DNA of 64,000 nt from Lama glama (GCA_028534125.1 CM052817.1:81780001-81844000); one strand, 5' to 3'. Positions 41,165 to 55,000 are shown, numbered from the stretch's first letter. Numbers and translations are program-made. Notes: generated from the letters alone by a model not told the origin.

Positions 41165-42612
41165 ACATTGGAATTTAAACATTGGAATTCTGTAACCTGA
41201 AGACTTTTATTGTGGTGTTCATCTGGCCTCTTTTTATGAGATATCATCTCCCCTATGAATTCATCACATACAGAAGGATTTCATGGAGAGAAACTAATTG
41301 CTTAGGATCTTCTAGTTTATGTTTATCAGACAAACACATGGTGTACATTCTAATACCGTCAAGCATTTTTCTTTCATGAATCTGAATATCATTTTATACA
41401 CTACTGCACCTTTGGTTTTAAGAGGCTTGCTGTTTCAACTCTCCATGGATGCATAAATACTTAACTATGTTTATGGTTCCACCTGCATTTTGCAAATGCT
41501 CTCTGCATATCTGGTTGACCTGAGTCGGGGTCAGCTAGTGGGTGAAAGATAGAAATATCAACCTGATCATGGACAGTCACTGTCTGGATAATTATTAATG
41601 ATAATCTCTGTGGACTTACATATGCCACCCTGATGGAGTCATTGCCAAATGAATGTTACTCTGAACCACGTTCATGAAGAGCTATAAGATGGCTACTCAT
41701 GGACACCAAGGAACTTCTGCTTCCCAACCAAGTTAAATACTGCAAGAAGAGAATATTTCAGAGAGAAGGGTCTGTAAGAAGCATGTGTGCCATTTGTTTA
41801 TTGCTGGGGCAGGAGATCCAGTCTTAGTTATGAGCAAAGCAATTTGGAGAGAAGAAGGCAGCTGTATTACCAGGCTGTGCATGGAGTTCTGTCTTGTATG
41901 TCCCCTGTGAAAATATTCTCTTGACCACCAGATCTTTTGCACACACTGCTTGTAGACATGTTCCAGAAAATAGTTCATAACATGTATTTCAAACAAACAA
42001 AAAAAAAGAAATGATCTGTGTCACTAATTTCATCCATGCTTTGCATAGGTCTTCCAGGTGACCTGTGGTGCATGTCATCTTGATGACTTCAGTCCAGTGC
42101 TCTCTGCACTTAACTGTCCCAGCCCTACAGCTTATGGCCACAGTGCAAGCCAGCCACTGCCCACTCCCCTACCCACCATTCCATCCAGTACAAATTCTTT
42201 TTCACTACGAAAGTTATTTAAAAGAACGGCCAAAGTTGGGAAGGGGGCATAATGAACTCATCAACAAATAAACAACAAGAGGCTATAATTAAGGCTTCAT
42301 TCGGATTCTAAACTCTGTGTTTTGATCTTGAAATCTGTTATCAGTTCTGCCCTCCATTTTCTAGTCTAAAATAATACTATTCACAAATATTAATGTATCG
42401 TGAAATCCAAAGTTCTCTTCAAACCCAAGGCATTATGTCCTTCTAGTGCTGGTACTTAAAAACTACAATAGAATTTTTGTTCCTCATATGTTTTGTTTTT
42501 TCCCATATGTTTTAATTAGAAAACAAAAATGTCTCATTATGTAAGGGCATCAAGACGAACGTTAATGAATTTAAGCAATGAAATACAGCTTTATAGTTTT
42601 TGTTCTATGGAG

Positions 42613-43141
42613 TGTGGCCAGCAGACACATCCACACCCCCCGGTTTTCATGTTTTGTCTGGTCCCCTCCCCTCCAGCGGAGGTGGGACTTAATGAATTGC
42701 TTCTAATGAACAGAATATGGCAACGGTGACATGCTGTATTGGATTATGTGTATATCTTACAAAAGACTGTAATGTATCTTGCTAAGAGAGTCTCTCTTTC
42801 TCGTGCTGGATGCAAACTGCAGTATTGTGAGCTGCCATGTGCAGAAAAGCACGTGGCCAGGAGCAAAGGGTGGCCTCTAGCTCAGAGCAGGCAGGAAATG
42901 CAGGTCCTCAGTCTGGCAAACTGCAAGGGACTGAATTCTACCAATAACACTGTGAGTTAGGAAGCTGATTCCTCCCCAGCTGAGCCTCAGATGAGACCAC
43001 CAGTTGGCCAACACCTTGATTGCTGCTTTGAGAGACCCTGAAACAGAGGACTCAGCTAAACTGTGAGGAAATAAATGTGTGCTTTTTAAAAGCCACTAAG
43101 TCTCTCGTATTATTGTTAAGCAGCAAGAGATAACTAATACA
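42613..43141 (+). mobile_element. MLT1 (ERVL-MaLR) solo LTR
   Basis: Ends aataaatgtgtgctttttaaaagccactaag...gcagcaagagataactaataca, the canonical MaLR 3' end. Confidence 0.9.
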
Positions 43142-45386
43142 TTGAATTTTATCACATTCTTTTAAATTTAAAGGCTGAAGATACTCCTGTGATTGATTTT
43201 ATTTATTTACTGTAAATGAGCACTCCTGTTGAATTTTGCTCCATGAATAGGAAGAATGGCTAACATTTTTTCAACCCTTCCTTGCACCAAGCATTTAACA
43301 AACATTATCTCATTGACTCTCTTTTCTAGCATGGAAGATACAGCTCTCCACCATCATTTGTTAAATCAATCAATTGATTGATCAATCTAAAAATCATAAT
43401 GTACCTCTAGGACAGATAGAAGACAAAGCACTTAATTCTAAGAGTATCTGAAAGACTGTAAGGATTATCACTCACCGAGCACAAAACTGCTATAATGCAG
43501 AATGCTGAAAACAAGCAAAATTATCACAAACTTTGGCAAAATTATTAAAGGAATAAACAATTGGCTGTGATTCAGTAAGGCATTTACATCATCTTATTCA
43601 ACCTTCTTAATATCATCAACTTAATGTCTTGAGTTGTGTAATTATATGATAAACATAATCATCAAAAGGGATAAAAACAGACAGATTTACCATGTGCAGG
43701 CAGTCATCTACAAAGAGGCAATAATCATAACACATCCTTCAACAGGCAAAGCTGAAACGCAAGTTATCAAAGCAAAGATGCTTATCTCAGATCTTAGTGA
43801 TTCTTAAATAAAATCCTCTAAAAAAGAAAAACAAGTCGCAGACCTACTGGGGATCAGAGGGTTTGGACTATTGCCTTAACATGATTGATGTAAACTTCTA
43901 CAATCTCCTGAATCAAAAGCACCTAAATATTTTCATAAAATATTGTTTAAATTTGTTACATAGATTCTCCCAAAAAACTAGCAATAGGACTATGGAGTAG
44001 TATTTTGACTGCATTACAGTAATATTCAGTGACATATTTGGTTTTACTGAAAGTATTAACATGATATTAGAATTTTTTCAAATGTATTTTTTTTAATTTG
44101 GAGCCAATACAACTTAGATTTTCTGAAATATTTGTCTGTGTTACTATGACTACTTAACTAGGCTCTGTTTCAACTTTATACAGTTGATTATTTTCTTTGA
44201 ACTAAATTTTTTAACATGTTATTCTGTCTGGATCTACTCCATTGAGTTTATTCAAATTCACTTTAAAATAAATACACTATTAGTATTTTCTTTCATATGA
44301 TCATATTACAATATTTGACTTTACCCATAAATATGTCAATATATTGATTTTTTATTATTTTTATTTTTTACTTCAAGGTTTTTTGAAATTTAACATAATT
44401 GTTGAAATTCTATGTATATAACTATGCAAAGCTGTTTTTAAATAAATAAAATGGTTTGCCATCCATGAAAACTGAAACCATATTTTCAACTTTTTCCCAG
44501 TATAGCTATGATTAATAGTATTTAACTTTTATCTAGAACTTTTTCTAATTAAATTGAGATATGTCTGCTACTCTGGCAGATGATAATCAACTTACGGTTC
44601 CCATATGAGCTGATTTCTCTCACTTCACAGATGGAGAAGTCAATCGTTGAACACTGAAATAACTCACTTGACCCTGTGGAGAGGAGGAAGCAGAGTCAGT
44701 AGGATCAGATCCGATGAGTGTCAGATTCTAAAGCTGATCTTCCTTTAAGAGCAAAAATTAAGAGTCAACCACAATAATATCCTATCTGTGATTACCTGTG
44801 TTATTTTGGCTTAACAACGTTTTGTAAAGATTAAACCATCACTTTTGTTTGTTTCTTCAGGCATCTCTCCTTGGAATAACCAAACAAAGGATTTGAACTG
44901 TAAAGTAGTTCATTTTTCTATGCTTTGCTTGTTTATTTTGTGTTTACTGTTTTCCTGAAACTTGTTATGAGTTCATGAGAAGGGTGGAAAAGAAGGCGTT
45001 ATTATGTTCTGCTGCTCTGAAATTACTAGCCACAACTGAAATCACAGCTTAGTTTCTCTCAAAACACATGTTTGCCATTTTTAATCACAGACTCAGTGAT
45101 TAAGAAAAGAATGAAATAGAGACATGACTAAGGAGCAATTCAAATAAACAAAGAATTAAGATGTTGTGATATGTTTATAAAGTCTAGAGACATCTGAAAT
45201 AGTCCAACTAAATAGTACAGATAATGCACTCTTTCTTTTAATAAGGGCTTTGAGTACCATAAAATATCAAAATTGTTAAGCACTTCTGAGATCCTCTGTT
45301 ATTTTTCCTTTGTCTTCTAGTATATGCCAAGTTTTGAGTTTTTTCTTTACTACAGTTATATTGTGTTCACAACTTCTGACTCATTT

Positions 45387-46033
45387 TGTTAGAGCAGGCA
45401 GAGAGCTAGATACGAGCAGAGAAAGGGGGACACAGATCAAATGGCAGGAATTGGGCAGAAAGGAGGGGCAAAGGCCAAATGCAGGAAAACTTACTTCATG
45501 TAAGCACCAGGGGTCCCTGGGCAGAGAAAGAAAAGCAGGAATCTTTGGGCCAATAAGGGGCCACACCTTTTGGCCTGGAGACCAACAAAGAAAGGTCAGA
45601 AAAGGCAGAAATTTCCAGTGTCCAAATGTAACATTTTGCTCATTATGCTCTCATTTCAATAAAATTAGCCTTGCAGATCAGAAGTACCCATCATGCACCG
45701 ACGCCATGACACTTTTAATCCAGACTAAATAAAGACAAAAATCCCTCCTCCCTTTGGGAAGGTGGAGTTGGGATGATAATCAGGAAATATGACCCCAAGG
45801 CCTTCCCTCCTCAATGAATATTCCGCCCATTCATTTTTACACCCTATGCAACTAACTTGTCAAAGAAACACAGGGCAGCCGCTCACCTGAGCCTGCCCGC
45901 TCTCCCCTTGAGAGTGTACTATCCATCCTTTAATAAATCCTCACTTTCCTTTTTTTAACCTCTACGTCTTGTCTCTGAATTCTTTCTGGGATGAGACAAG
46001 AACCTGGACCATCAGTTGGATCCACCAGCAACA
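45387..46033 (+). mobile_element. Young solo LTR, ERV1-type (647 bp)
   Basis: TGTT...AACA termini; perfect 4-bp TSD attt at 45383-45386 and 46034-46037; AATAAA at ~45932. Confidence 0.9.
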
Positions 46034-46744
46034 ATTTTTTCTTTTAATCTTCTTTGTTAAAGAAAATCTGTATTATGTTCAAACAGTATCATATTAATCA
46101 ACTTTCCGTGAATTATGCTTGCCATATATGACTATTCACTTAGACCACTCTCTATTCAAAACTAAGACATGCAGTATTAAATAGAACATAAACATTCTGA
46201 TACCAACCATAGAAATTCTCCTTTACTTGAAAGAGAAATGAAAATGGAATAGTTTTTATAACCTGCGATTCTGTCAGTCAACATCCAGTTGCAGGAACTA
46301 TTAGATAGTCCTGAAGTATCAAGAAGAACATTTAGGGAATTGGGTGCTTTCAGAATGATTGGGGAATGGTGATAAAAAGAGAAATGCCCCACATGGGCAC
46401 TGTGACTTCTTCACCAACCTACAAAGGAACTGTGGTCCAGGGGTTACGAATTTGTAGCAGCTGCAAATGATATAACTGTTGCTTCTCTATTCGCGTGGAT
46501 AGTCCACCAGTGTGGATGCAGTCCATGGCCGTGCTGGTTGGCAGAGAAAGCACTAAAGTCAAATGAAGATGGCCTCTGCTGGTGTTTGCCTAACAAATTC
46601 CAAGGGCATGCATTTAAATAGAGGACCATTGCATGAAAAACCATGGACGAGAGGGTGTCAGAAAAAAGCCTCTAGAAATGAACAGGCTGGAAGATTTTAA
46701 TGGAAGGTGAATGTCAAGCAACAAAACTCATTATAGTGTTTTGA

Positions 46745-46931
46745 TTTTTTAAAATGTTTATTTAGTTAGTTTTATTTTTTTGTTTGTTTTTTGAGGGGGA
46801 CAGGTAATTTGATTTTTTTTTTAGATTTATGTATTTATATTAATTTGTTTTTTAACAGCAGTACCGGGGATTGAATCTAGGACCTTGTTCATGTTAAGCA
46901 TGCACTCTACCACTGAGCTGTACTCTCCCCT
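46745..46931 (-). mobile_element. Vic-1-like SINE
   Basis: gtaccggggattgaatctaggaccttgttcatgttaagcatgcactctaccactgagctgtactctcccc preceded by a T-rich tail. Confidence 0.9.
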
Positions 46932-49394
46932 CATTTTGAAATTTTTTTTTTAATTTCTCATTTTTTTCACTATTTCAATATCTTCTTCTGAGCCCCCTGG
47001 AATCATCTGTGAGCACCACACTTTAATGCATTTTAGAAAACAATGTTTTAGACTGCAGTATTCTAACCATTTATTATTGCTTTTTAAAATTATATATATT
47101 TTTTAATTATAGGCTCCTGATGTGGGATGAAATTGGGCAGACATTTGTTGAATACAATCTGAACCTCAGGCATCATGCTAGAGTCAGAGAAAGGAAAATT
47201 CTTTATCGTCCCTGCCTTAGTAGCATTATTTCAACCAATACAACCTAATTAGGATAAAGAAGTAGAAGGAAGAGCAGAAAGAGGAAATGGGCATTAAAGT
47301 TTTATGAATGCTTATTTAGTCTCCAGATAAAGGAAAGAACTGCAAATTAAAAAGAAAGGTAGGTGTTTATAAAGGAAAACAAAGGGATTTAACAACAATA
47401 GCAGCAACAACCAAAAATACACATGTATGTATCTGAGACCCCAACTGATTCAACTGACAGCAAACATGAACATTTTTTAAAAGGAAATAAATAGCTAATA
47501 TATGAAAAATAGAACAGAAATACATGTTAAAAGAAGACACCTTTGTAATCCCCCTTAAATAGACACGATTTAAGACATGCTCCATTCAAATGCATTTGTT
47601 TCTTTGTTTTGTTGGGAGGAAAACTCTGATCTATTTTGGTTTCAATTGTAAATTGGTACATCATTTCTGGAAAGTAACTTGGCAATAATAAGCAGTAAGG
47701 GTCATTAAAAATGTAAATTCTTTTAAAAACATCTGCAATTTGACTAAACATGGCAGAAGCTGTGTCTGTCTTATGCACCATTGTCTCTCTTCTGCAGCTT
47801 TTGAAGTACCTGACACATAGTTACCTTACAATAAGTGTTGTTGGAGGAGTGAGTGATGGTTATCAAAGCATGAATTTTAATAGCAAGATAACCTAGAAAA
47901 ATCATGAAGGTCATCATTAAAGGAATGATTAATAACTTTTGGCCTATTCATGTGACAAAATATTATTCAGCCAATAGAACAATGTTTATATAAAATCATT
48001 GTAATGGCGACGGAATGCTCATTAGGCAATAAAACAAAATAAAGGTGTGTTATAGTAGTTTACATTTCAGCATTCCGAAGAAAATTAAAATAGAAAATAA
48101 GACAAAATGTTAGCTGTGGGTCAAGATTATTTGTTTTCTTAGCATCAGCTCTTCTGGTAGGACTCCCACCCATCTGTTGATGATAGAAGTTACAGTTCAA
48201 ATTGTTCTGGATTTTCAAACGTTTTCATATGTTAAAATTCTAGTAAACCTAGACTGAATATCACACTATTTTACTTAACACTTTTCCAACATGACAAATA
48301 CATACACTTTATATATATTAGAGGAATCCATGTACTTAATTCTCTACATTCTAACATAAAATTTAATGTCAGATTCATTTTAATGTTAACGAAGTCACTA
48401 TTACCCAAATTAATATTTTAAGTTTGAGATAAATTGGATACCTATACCCAATAAAGATTAAACTGTGATCAACTCTTGACATATTATATATTTCAACAAA
48501 AGAGTAGATTGTCACAAACAGTTGTTGGACTGAGCAGTTTCTCCAAATTATGGTAGGTAATTACTAGTTTGTGGCAAATGCCACAATATTCAGAAACCTA
48601 CTCTCACATTTAGTATAAGCAATTTCCATTCCAGTGGGTTTGCTCACATACTCACATGTACTATATTATGAAGGATTTCAAACCTAACCCTTCATTTTGT
48701 TTCTCCCCTAAGTGTGATGTTAAAAAATATGACTTTAGTTTCCATCATGTAGTTTCAGATTTATTTACATACATGGGTGGTTCCATAATCTTTGAAAATT
48801 GAACACTGGCCAGAAAAAAAATGGTAAACACATATATTATATAATTACATTTATATACATGTATAATATAACAAGGAGATATGAATAATGAAAGGAGAAA
48901 GCTAAGTATCAAATAATTAGGGCAAGAAAAATTTTATAAAGACTAGATAGAAAAAATGTCTAGGAAAAAATAGCTTTTGTCTCTACCCTATGTTGCCTTG
49001 AGACAATTATTGCCTGCTTCTCCACCAAAATTGGCAGCAACAGCCAAGACATCGGTGTTCTCATGAAGTAAGTGCATTCTCACCAACTTCCCTTAGGCAT
49101 TGAATATCCCATCTTACTCTCTGAAAGTTTCCAAGACTGTGGATTACAATTTAGGGAGATTGTCACTTCTCAATCATACTATACCTCACAGTTTAAAATT
49201 TCAGATTACAGAAGGTCAAAAGGTAAAAGGAAAAAAAATTCAGTTGATGTAAAACAGACAGAAATTTTGAATTGTATTCAAAATACTGACTTTATGCATA
49301 CATATATGTTAAAAAAAAGATTACAAATGAGAATGATTAACAGTGGTCATCTGATAGAGTTTTCAGTACAAAGCTTATCTCCTACACTCTAAAA

Positions 49395-49597
49395 CACTGG
49401 TCAGCAAATGACAGCCCACTGGCCATATTGGGCCTGCTTCCTGTTTTTGTAAATAAAGTCTTATTGGAACACAGCCATCCCCAATAATTTCTGCATTATC
49501 TATAGCTAAATCACATTGCAGGGGCAAGTTGAAATGGGTTTCAAAACCTAAAGTATGTACTATCTGCCCTTTTATAGATGAATTTTGCCAACCCCTT
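49395..49597 (+). mobile_element. MER58A hAT-Charlie MITE
   Basis: Core tttttgtaaataaagtcttattggaacacagcca; degenerate 8-bp TSD ctctaaaa / ctttaaac. Confidence 0.85.
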
Positions 49598-49639
49598 CTT
49601 TAAACTTAGACTGAGTCCCGGTCTTTGATCCCTCCTCAG

Positions 49640-50510
49640 CACAGAGAGATGATTAATGGATAGAGAGATATTGTCAATACAAAACAAGAATTAAAATTCA
49701 TCTAAAAATGAATGAAGTAGAAATATTTGGCCAATATGAAAAAAAAATGAGCTGATACAAAGAGAACAAAAGATTAAGCAGTGGTAGATTGGCTATACCT
49801 GAAGAGCGAATTAGTGAGCTGGAACATCAGATTTAGGAGTTTTCCCAGAAGACAGTCAGAGAAGCTAAAGAGATCTGACTTATGGAAAAGTACCAAATAA
49901 GAGTTCCTGAAGGCAGAAAAACACACAGAAAATACTTGAAGAAATAATAGAGGTAGACTTCCTATTTTGGTAATATGCCAGGCTATTATTTACTATTAAA
50001 AACCACTAAGATTACTAAATTTTTAAAGATTTTCTTAAAAGATCAAAGAGCTGATGTGATCTGATAGTTAGGAATTACCATATCTGGTCTGGATGAGAAC
50101 CTAGAGAGGTAAACTCAACACTGAAGTAGCTTTTGCTCTGAGGATATTTGCCAAACTTCCTAAATAAGAACTTGGAGTTTTAGGTATGGTAAAGTGTGAG
50201 AGCTAAGAGAAAAAGCCTAGACTTCTCTGAGGGTATGGAGTTTAATAGGAAACTTTTCATATTAATGCTGGAGCTCCCAAATCCTAAGTCCTCGGTTAAG
50301 ATAACTAGTTATCCACATACGTAGATATATCTAGTCACCCTACCTTTTCCCAAAATCAGAAAATGTAATTGCCTTGGCAGTGATTAGACTGAGGTGTGGA
50401 GAAGGGGGAATCCATCCCTAAGAAGCTGAAGCCACAAGGTAGCTCTCAAAAATCACATTACTGAGGGGGTATAGGAAAGAAAAAAAACCCCTCAAATTGT
50501 AAATTCATCA
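49640..50510 (+). mobile_element. Degraded L1/HAL1 ORF1 and 5' fragments
   Basis: agattggctatacctgaagagcgaattagtgagctggaa is an ORF1 coiled-coil remnant (EERISELE). Confidence 0.6.
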
Positions 50511-51519
50511 TATTTAATTATTCTAAGGTTCAATCTTTTTTTTTTTTTTGTCCCATTTTAACATTTAGCAGTTAGGATGTGTATTATATTTGCTAAAGGC
50601 CTGGCAGCAACTGTGATTTAATTATCATTGTCTATACATAAACATCCTACATGCAGTGTTCGTATGTTAGAAAAAGATCAAAGAGACTAAACGGAGCACT
50701 TTTTCAATAAATGCTATACTACTTTGAACTGGATTTTCAGTGTGAAAAAGATCTAACAGTGCCTCGTTCAATTTATTTTGCTTATGCTTTCCTTTATATA
50801 TATATATAGAAGAATGACTTAAAAACAATCTAAATGAGTGTTAAAGCCTTTAAATAAAAATCTGAAGTGATGAAAAAGCTTTTTTTATAGTTTACTTGGC
50901 AGCATCACTTAGTGATTCATAAAATATTGTTGCTCTTTTACTGTTGGTGTCTTAGCTTCAGTGGAAACAGTAGTTGTTGCGGACTAGTAGTAACCTACAA
51001 GTACCTACTGGAAGCATAATCAGCCCCTCTTTTCAGGAATACACCAGTCTTAAGCCTCAAGGAATATTACAAATAACTTGCCAATTGAAATGACCAGTTC
51101 GTATTCAAACATATTCAATCGCACAAGGAAACAATTTACTATGAGCCAATCTGAAAAACTACAGTCTAGCATTTCAATTCCACAGCTAACAGGTAACCAA
51201 TACCTAACTCTCCAACTTCTGAAAGTTTGCCATCTGTGAACTCCATGCTTCCCCCTATCCAGGATCAGTTCTCTTCTGGCTCAGAAACACTGTGTCCTAC
51301 AAACATAGTTCTTCCTTTTTCAGCAATCAGTGATTCACTTCAGATATGGAATGGTAGCCTCTTCCATTCCCCACTACATATCCCCCAAATAGTCATTTTC
51401 ATTTGCTCATTGCAGACTAATCCGTGATATCAGGGAGTTGGAGGCAAACTGGACAAGTTAAAGAGTAATGGATACACCCTTTACAGTAAAAGGCAAAAGT
51501 CAGAAACAACAATTTAGAT

Positions 51520-51720
51520 ATACACATTACAACATGTATAAACCTTAAAAATAGTGCTTGGTGAAAAAAGATAAAAAACCAAAATGAGACTCATAGACAG
51601 TATAACCCAAAACTGTTTATCTCAATTAAAAATACGGGACAACTAAATAATACATAGTTTGTAAAAACGTGGAACCAAAACGTACACATTTCACTCATTA
51701 GAATATTTATGGCTGGGGGT
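51520..51720 (+). mobile_element. Old L1M 3' UTR fragment
   Basis: caacatgtataaaccttaaaaatagtgcttggtgaaaaaag motif. Confidence 0.65.
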
Positions 51721-51804
51721 CCTGCACTGCGCATGAAGAATGGTAAGGACAGGAGAGAAGAGTAAGGTCGAATAACATGAGGTGAGCAAAGTACAGAACG
51801 AGTG

Positions 51805-52040
51805 AAGTGAGGGACATGGAGGGGAAGGATGGGAGAGCACGGGAGAGGAGGAGGTGGAGGGAAGGGAAGAGAAGGACAGGAATTGGCAGGGAGGGGAGAA
51901 GAGGAGAGGAGGATGAGGAAGAGAGGAGCAGGAAGAGGAAGAGAACAAGAGGGAGAGAAGGAAGAGGGAAGGAAGACGGGAGGAAGGGGAGAAGAGAGGA
52001 ATGATGAAGAGGGCAGCAAAGGAGGAAGCAGGAAGGAGAA
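51805..52040. repeat. GA-rich polypurine low-complexity tract
   Basis: ~235 bp almost entirely G/A on the + strand. Confidence 0.95.
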
Positions 52041-55000
52041 TTCTTTTCTGGGACGATGTTGCTAATGTTCTGTGAATTGTAGAGTGTGATTAACCTAAGC
52101 TTCTTCACTTAAGATCTAAAACATGGGGGAAAAAGCTAGTTCAGACATTTAATGAAGTAAAGATGGCAAACGCGTGCAGATAAGAGTAACATTGTTACAG
52201 AAGCTGTTTGTTTTAATCTATGCTCTAAAGTTCAAATGAGCTGTATTCTCTAGTTTCTTTCATACCTGATCATAAAAAAATACACTTTTCCCCTACAGTC
52301 TATTAAAATGGATGAATATCTTCTCTCCTAGAAGCATATAATTTCATGTTTATAGATAGCTTTCACTAAGTAATCCTATTCTTAAAATAATTAAGTTTTT
52401 GGTAGAAAATCAAAAATAAACTTTGTTGTTTCACACATACAATATCTGTATATCTATTTTCTTTCATTTTCTTTTGTTGGGGACATCCTTCTTATCATGA
52501 ATTACATTACCACAATGTCTGAAATCCAAATGAGAAAAGTTAAATATAATAAAAACTTCAGTCCTTGTCTTTTACTTAAATCATTCTCTATATCATACCT
52601 TAAATTATGTATCTATGTGTACACAGATTGTAATTTTATGTGTAGGTTTTATCTATAAATAAATGTTACCTTAATGTAGTTATCATGGAAGGCTTCCATT
52701 TATTTAAATAGCCATGCCTTTGTCTAAATCACTTTTGATAGTCTTCTTTCTTAATTGTTCAAAAAGTTATTTTACATACTGAGTATATATACATTTTCTG
52801 TATTCCTTAACCTTATCATATCTTGTTATTATCCTTCTCATTCCACAAAATGAATGATTTTCACCTATTTCCCCCAAATTAAACCCACTACAATGATGCA
52901 AATTTAATACTATTGAGATTAAGTATGAAGATTATCCCACAGGCTCAACAAAGAAACAAGAAAACAAAAAACAGGTACTTGACCTCCTATACATATCTAA
53001 ATGTTTTCTTTCTACTCTTCCCTACCTGAATAACTGAATTGTGGTGCATTAGTAAACAACAACAAACAAGCAGGAAAATTCTAATATTCGCTTAAAATCA
53101 CACATTAGAGACATGGTTTGTAAACATTTCTGGTTCTACCTTAGGGAATCTACAAATCTTCGTGGGCTGAATTACACCAAAATAATGATATTAAGACTGT
53201 AATTTATTGGCAGATATATGAGTTTTGAGAAAAGGCTTAAAAACGTCTCTCTTTGAAAAGAATAGCTTCCAATGCTTTCACAAGTTTTGAAGTCCTGAAA
53301 ATACAAAAATAGTGAAATTCAACTTTCTTGTCTGTTTCCAATTCACTCATTATATATACTGTAATGTATGGCTTTGTCCAGTAGAGGAAACTGCAGAAGT
53401 GAATGTTCTGACTTAAACAAAGGAATTGGTGATTTTTAGTGTTCAGATTTCAATGTATCAGTTTTGGGTTACAGGCTGTCTGCGTCGGAGGGCTTAAATT
53501 TGCTGTCTAACCTATTGCTTGCTTTTTTTTTTTAAAGAAAGGCACTAGGAGATTCCTAAAGATCTTTTTTCTTTGCTACTATCCGTAGGCAAGAAGAGGA
53601 ATTAGCCTTGTAACGAGATCCTGTAGTCTCTGCGTTTAATTTTAAGCAAGAAACCAGACGACGAAAGATGTAAGATTCACAGAGAACAGCAGAGGGCAGT
53701 ATTTATCCATGGCTGAATCATCTCCGAGATCAGAAAAGTTTTAAATTTGGAGGGGTCACTGTGGCTGAAATGTATGACATATGCCTTATATTTGCATTAC
53801 TTGGCTTAAATTCTTATTTTCTAAACATTTTCTCTTAAAGAAAGAATACTGACCTGATTCCTGGTCATTTTTTTTTCTTTGAAGTTATACATGATACCAC
53901 AAAAATTAGCTACAGTAAATAACAGGGGAGTTGATCCGAGTGCCTTGCGTGGCACGTAGATACTTTTAAAATTTTAAATTTCATTCTGTTTATTTCTATT
54001 TTTCTCATATCCATCATTTCCCCCAGGCGAAAACCAAACCAAAACAAAAAGGAATGAAACTTCATCAGGATTCCTTTGGCTATAAAATGTCTAGGAGGAA
54101 ATACTCCAACAGAGATCTAAATTCCAAACTTCGCAATAGGAAAAGTTCTCCATCTTTCCAAAGGGCTCCCATTGTTATTGTTGAAACTCTAAGGTTTGGC
54201 TACTGGCACCTGGGATCCATTTGGGAAGGGAAGCAAAACAAACAAGAGTTCCCCTGGCTTTTCCTATAGGAAATCCAAAGCTCGGTCAGTACCGAGGCCT
54301 TGGTGCCCCGAGAAACCTGGAAGGGGGGGAGGGGCAAGTGGGTGCAGGTTTAGGGTTTAGTTCGCCCTGCACCGCACTTAGCTCACTCTGTAGTTGGAGG
54401 AAGAATGGGGAAATCTGACTCGGATTCTGTCGCGTAATGTTGTACCGCAGCTCCTTCCCCTCCGATCGAAAGAGAAGGGGCAGGAAACGGTTAAAGCAAA
54501 TCTGCACCGTGCATTCCCAGACAGGCTTTGCTTAATCCTTCCTCCCGCTCTAACAGACCCTCACCCCCCGCCTTTCCTTTATTTCTCTCGACCCCCTTAC
54601 CTCTGAGTTATTACTAGCATAACAACCTAACGGTCTTCCCCCAGACCCCGCCACTAAAGTTATTTATCTGCAAACCTGACCCCACCCCCATCTATCCTGC
54701 GGAGGCTTTTTGCTGTTATTGCTCAGACGCCGGCCAAGATTTGACCAAAAAGAAAAAAAAAGAAAAAGAAAAAAGCACCCCCCTTCTCAGCGCCTCCTAC
54801 TAGCCGGGCTCCCACACCCGACCGCCTACAGTCCTCCGGGAGGCTGGAATGATTAGCATCCCGAGAAGCCAGTCCGAAGCCGAAAAAGCCGGAGAGCGCT
54901 CGCGGTAGGAGTGCCAGGCGGGGCTGCTTCAGCTCCGGCCCAATGGGGCTGGGGTAAGGGAGGAGCAGTAGGTGACAGCACCGGGAGCTAGGGGGAGTCC

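Noticed and set aside
45310..45732. 140-aa ORF
   Set aside because: TTG start, straddles the LTR boundary and lies in U3; no recognisable domain.
51591..52108. Pro/Ser/Leu-rich and Arg/Glu/Gly-rich ORFs
   Set aside because: Translations of the GA low-complexity tract.
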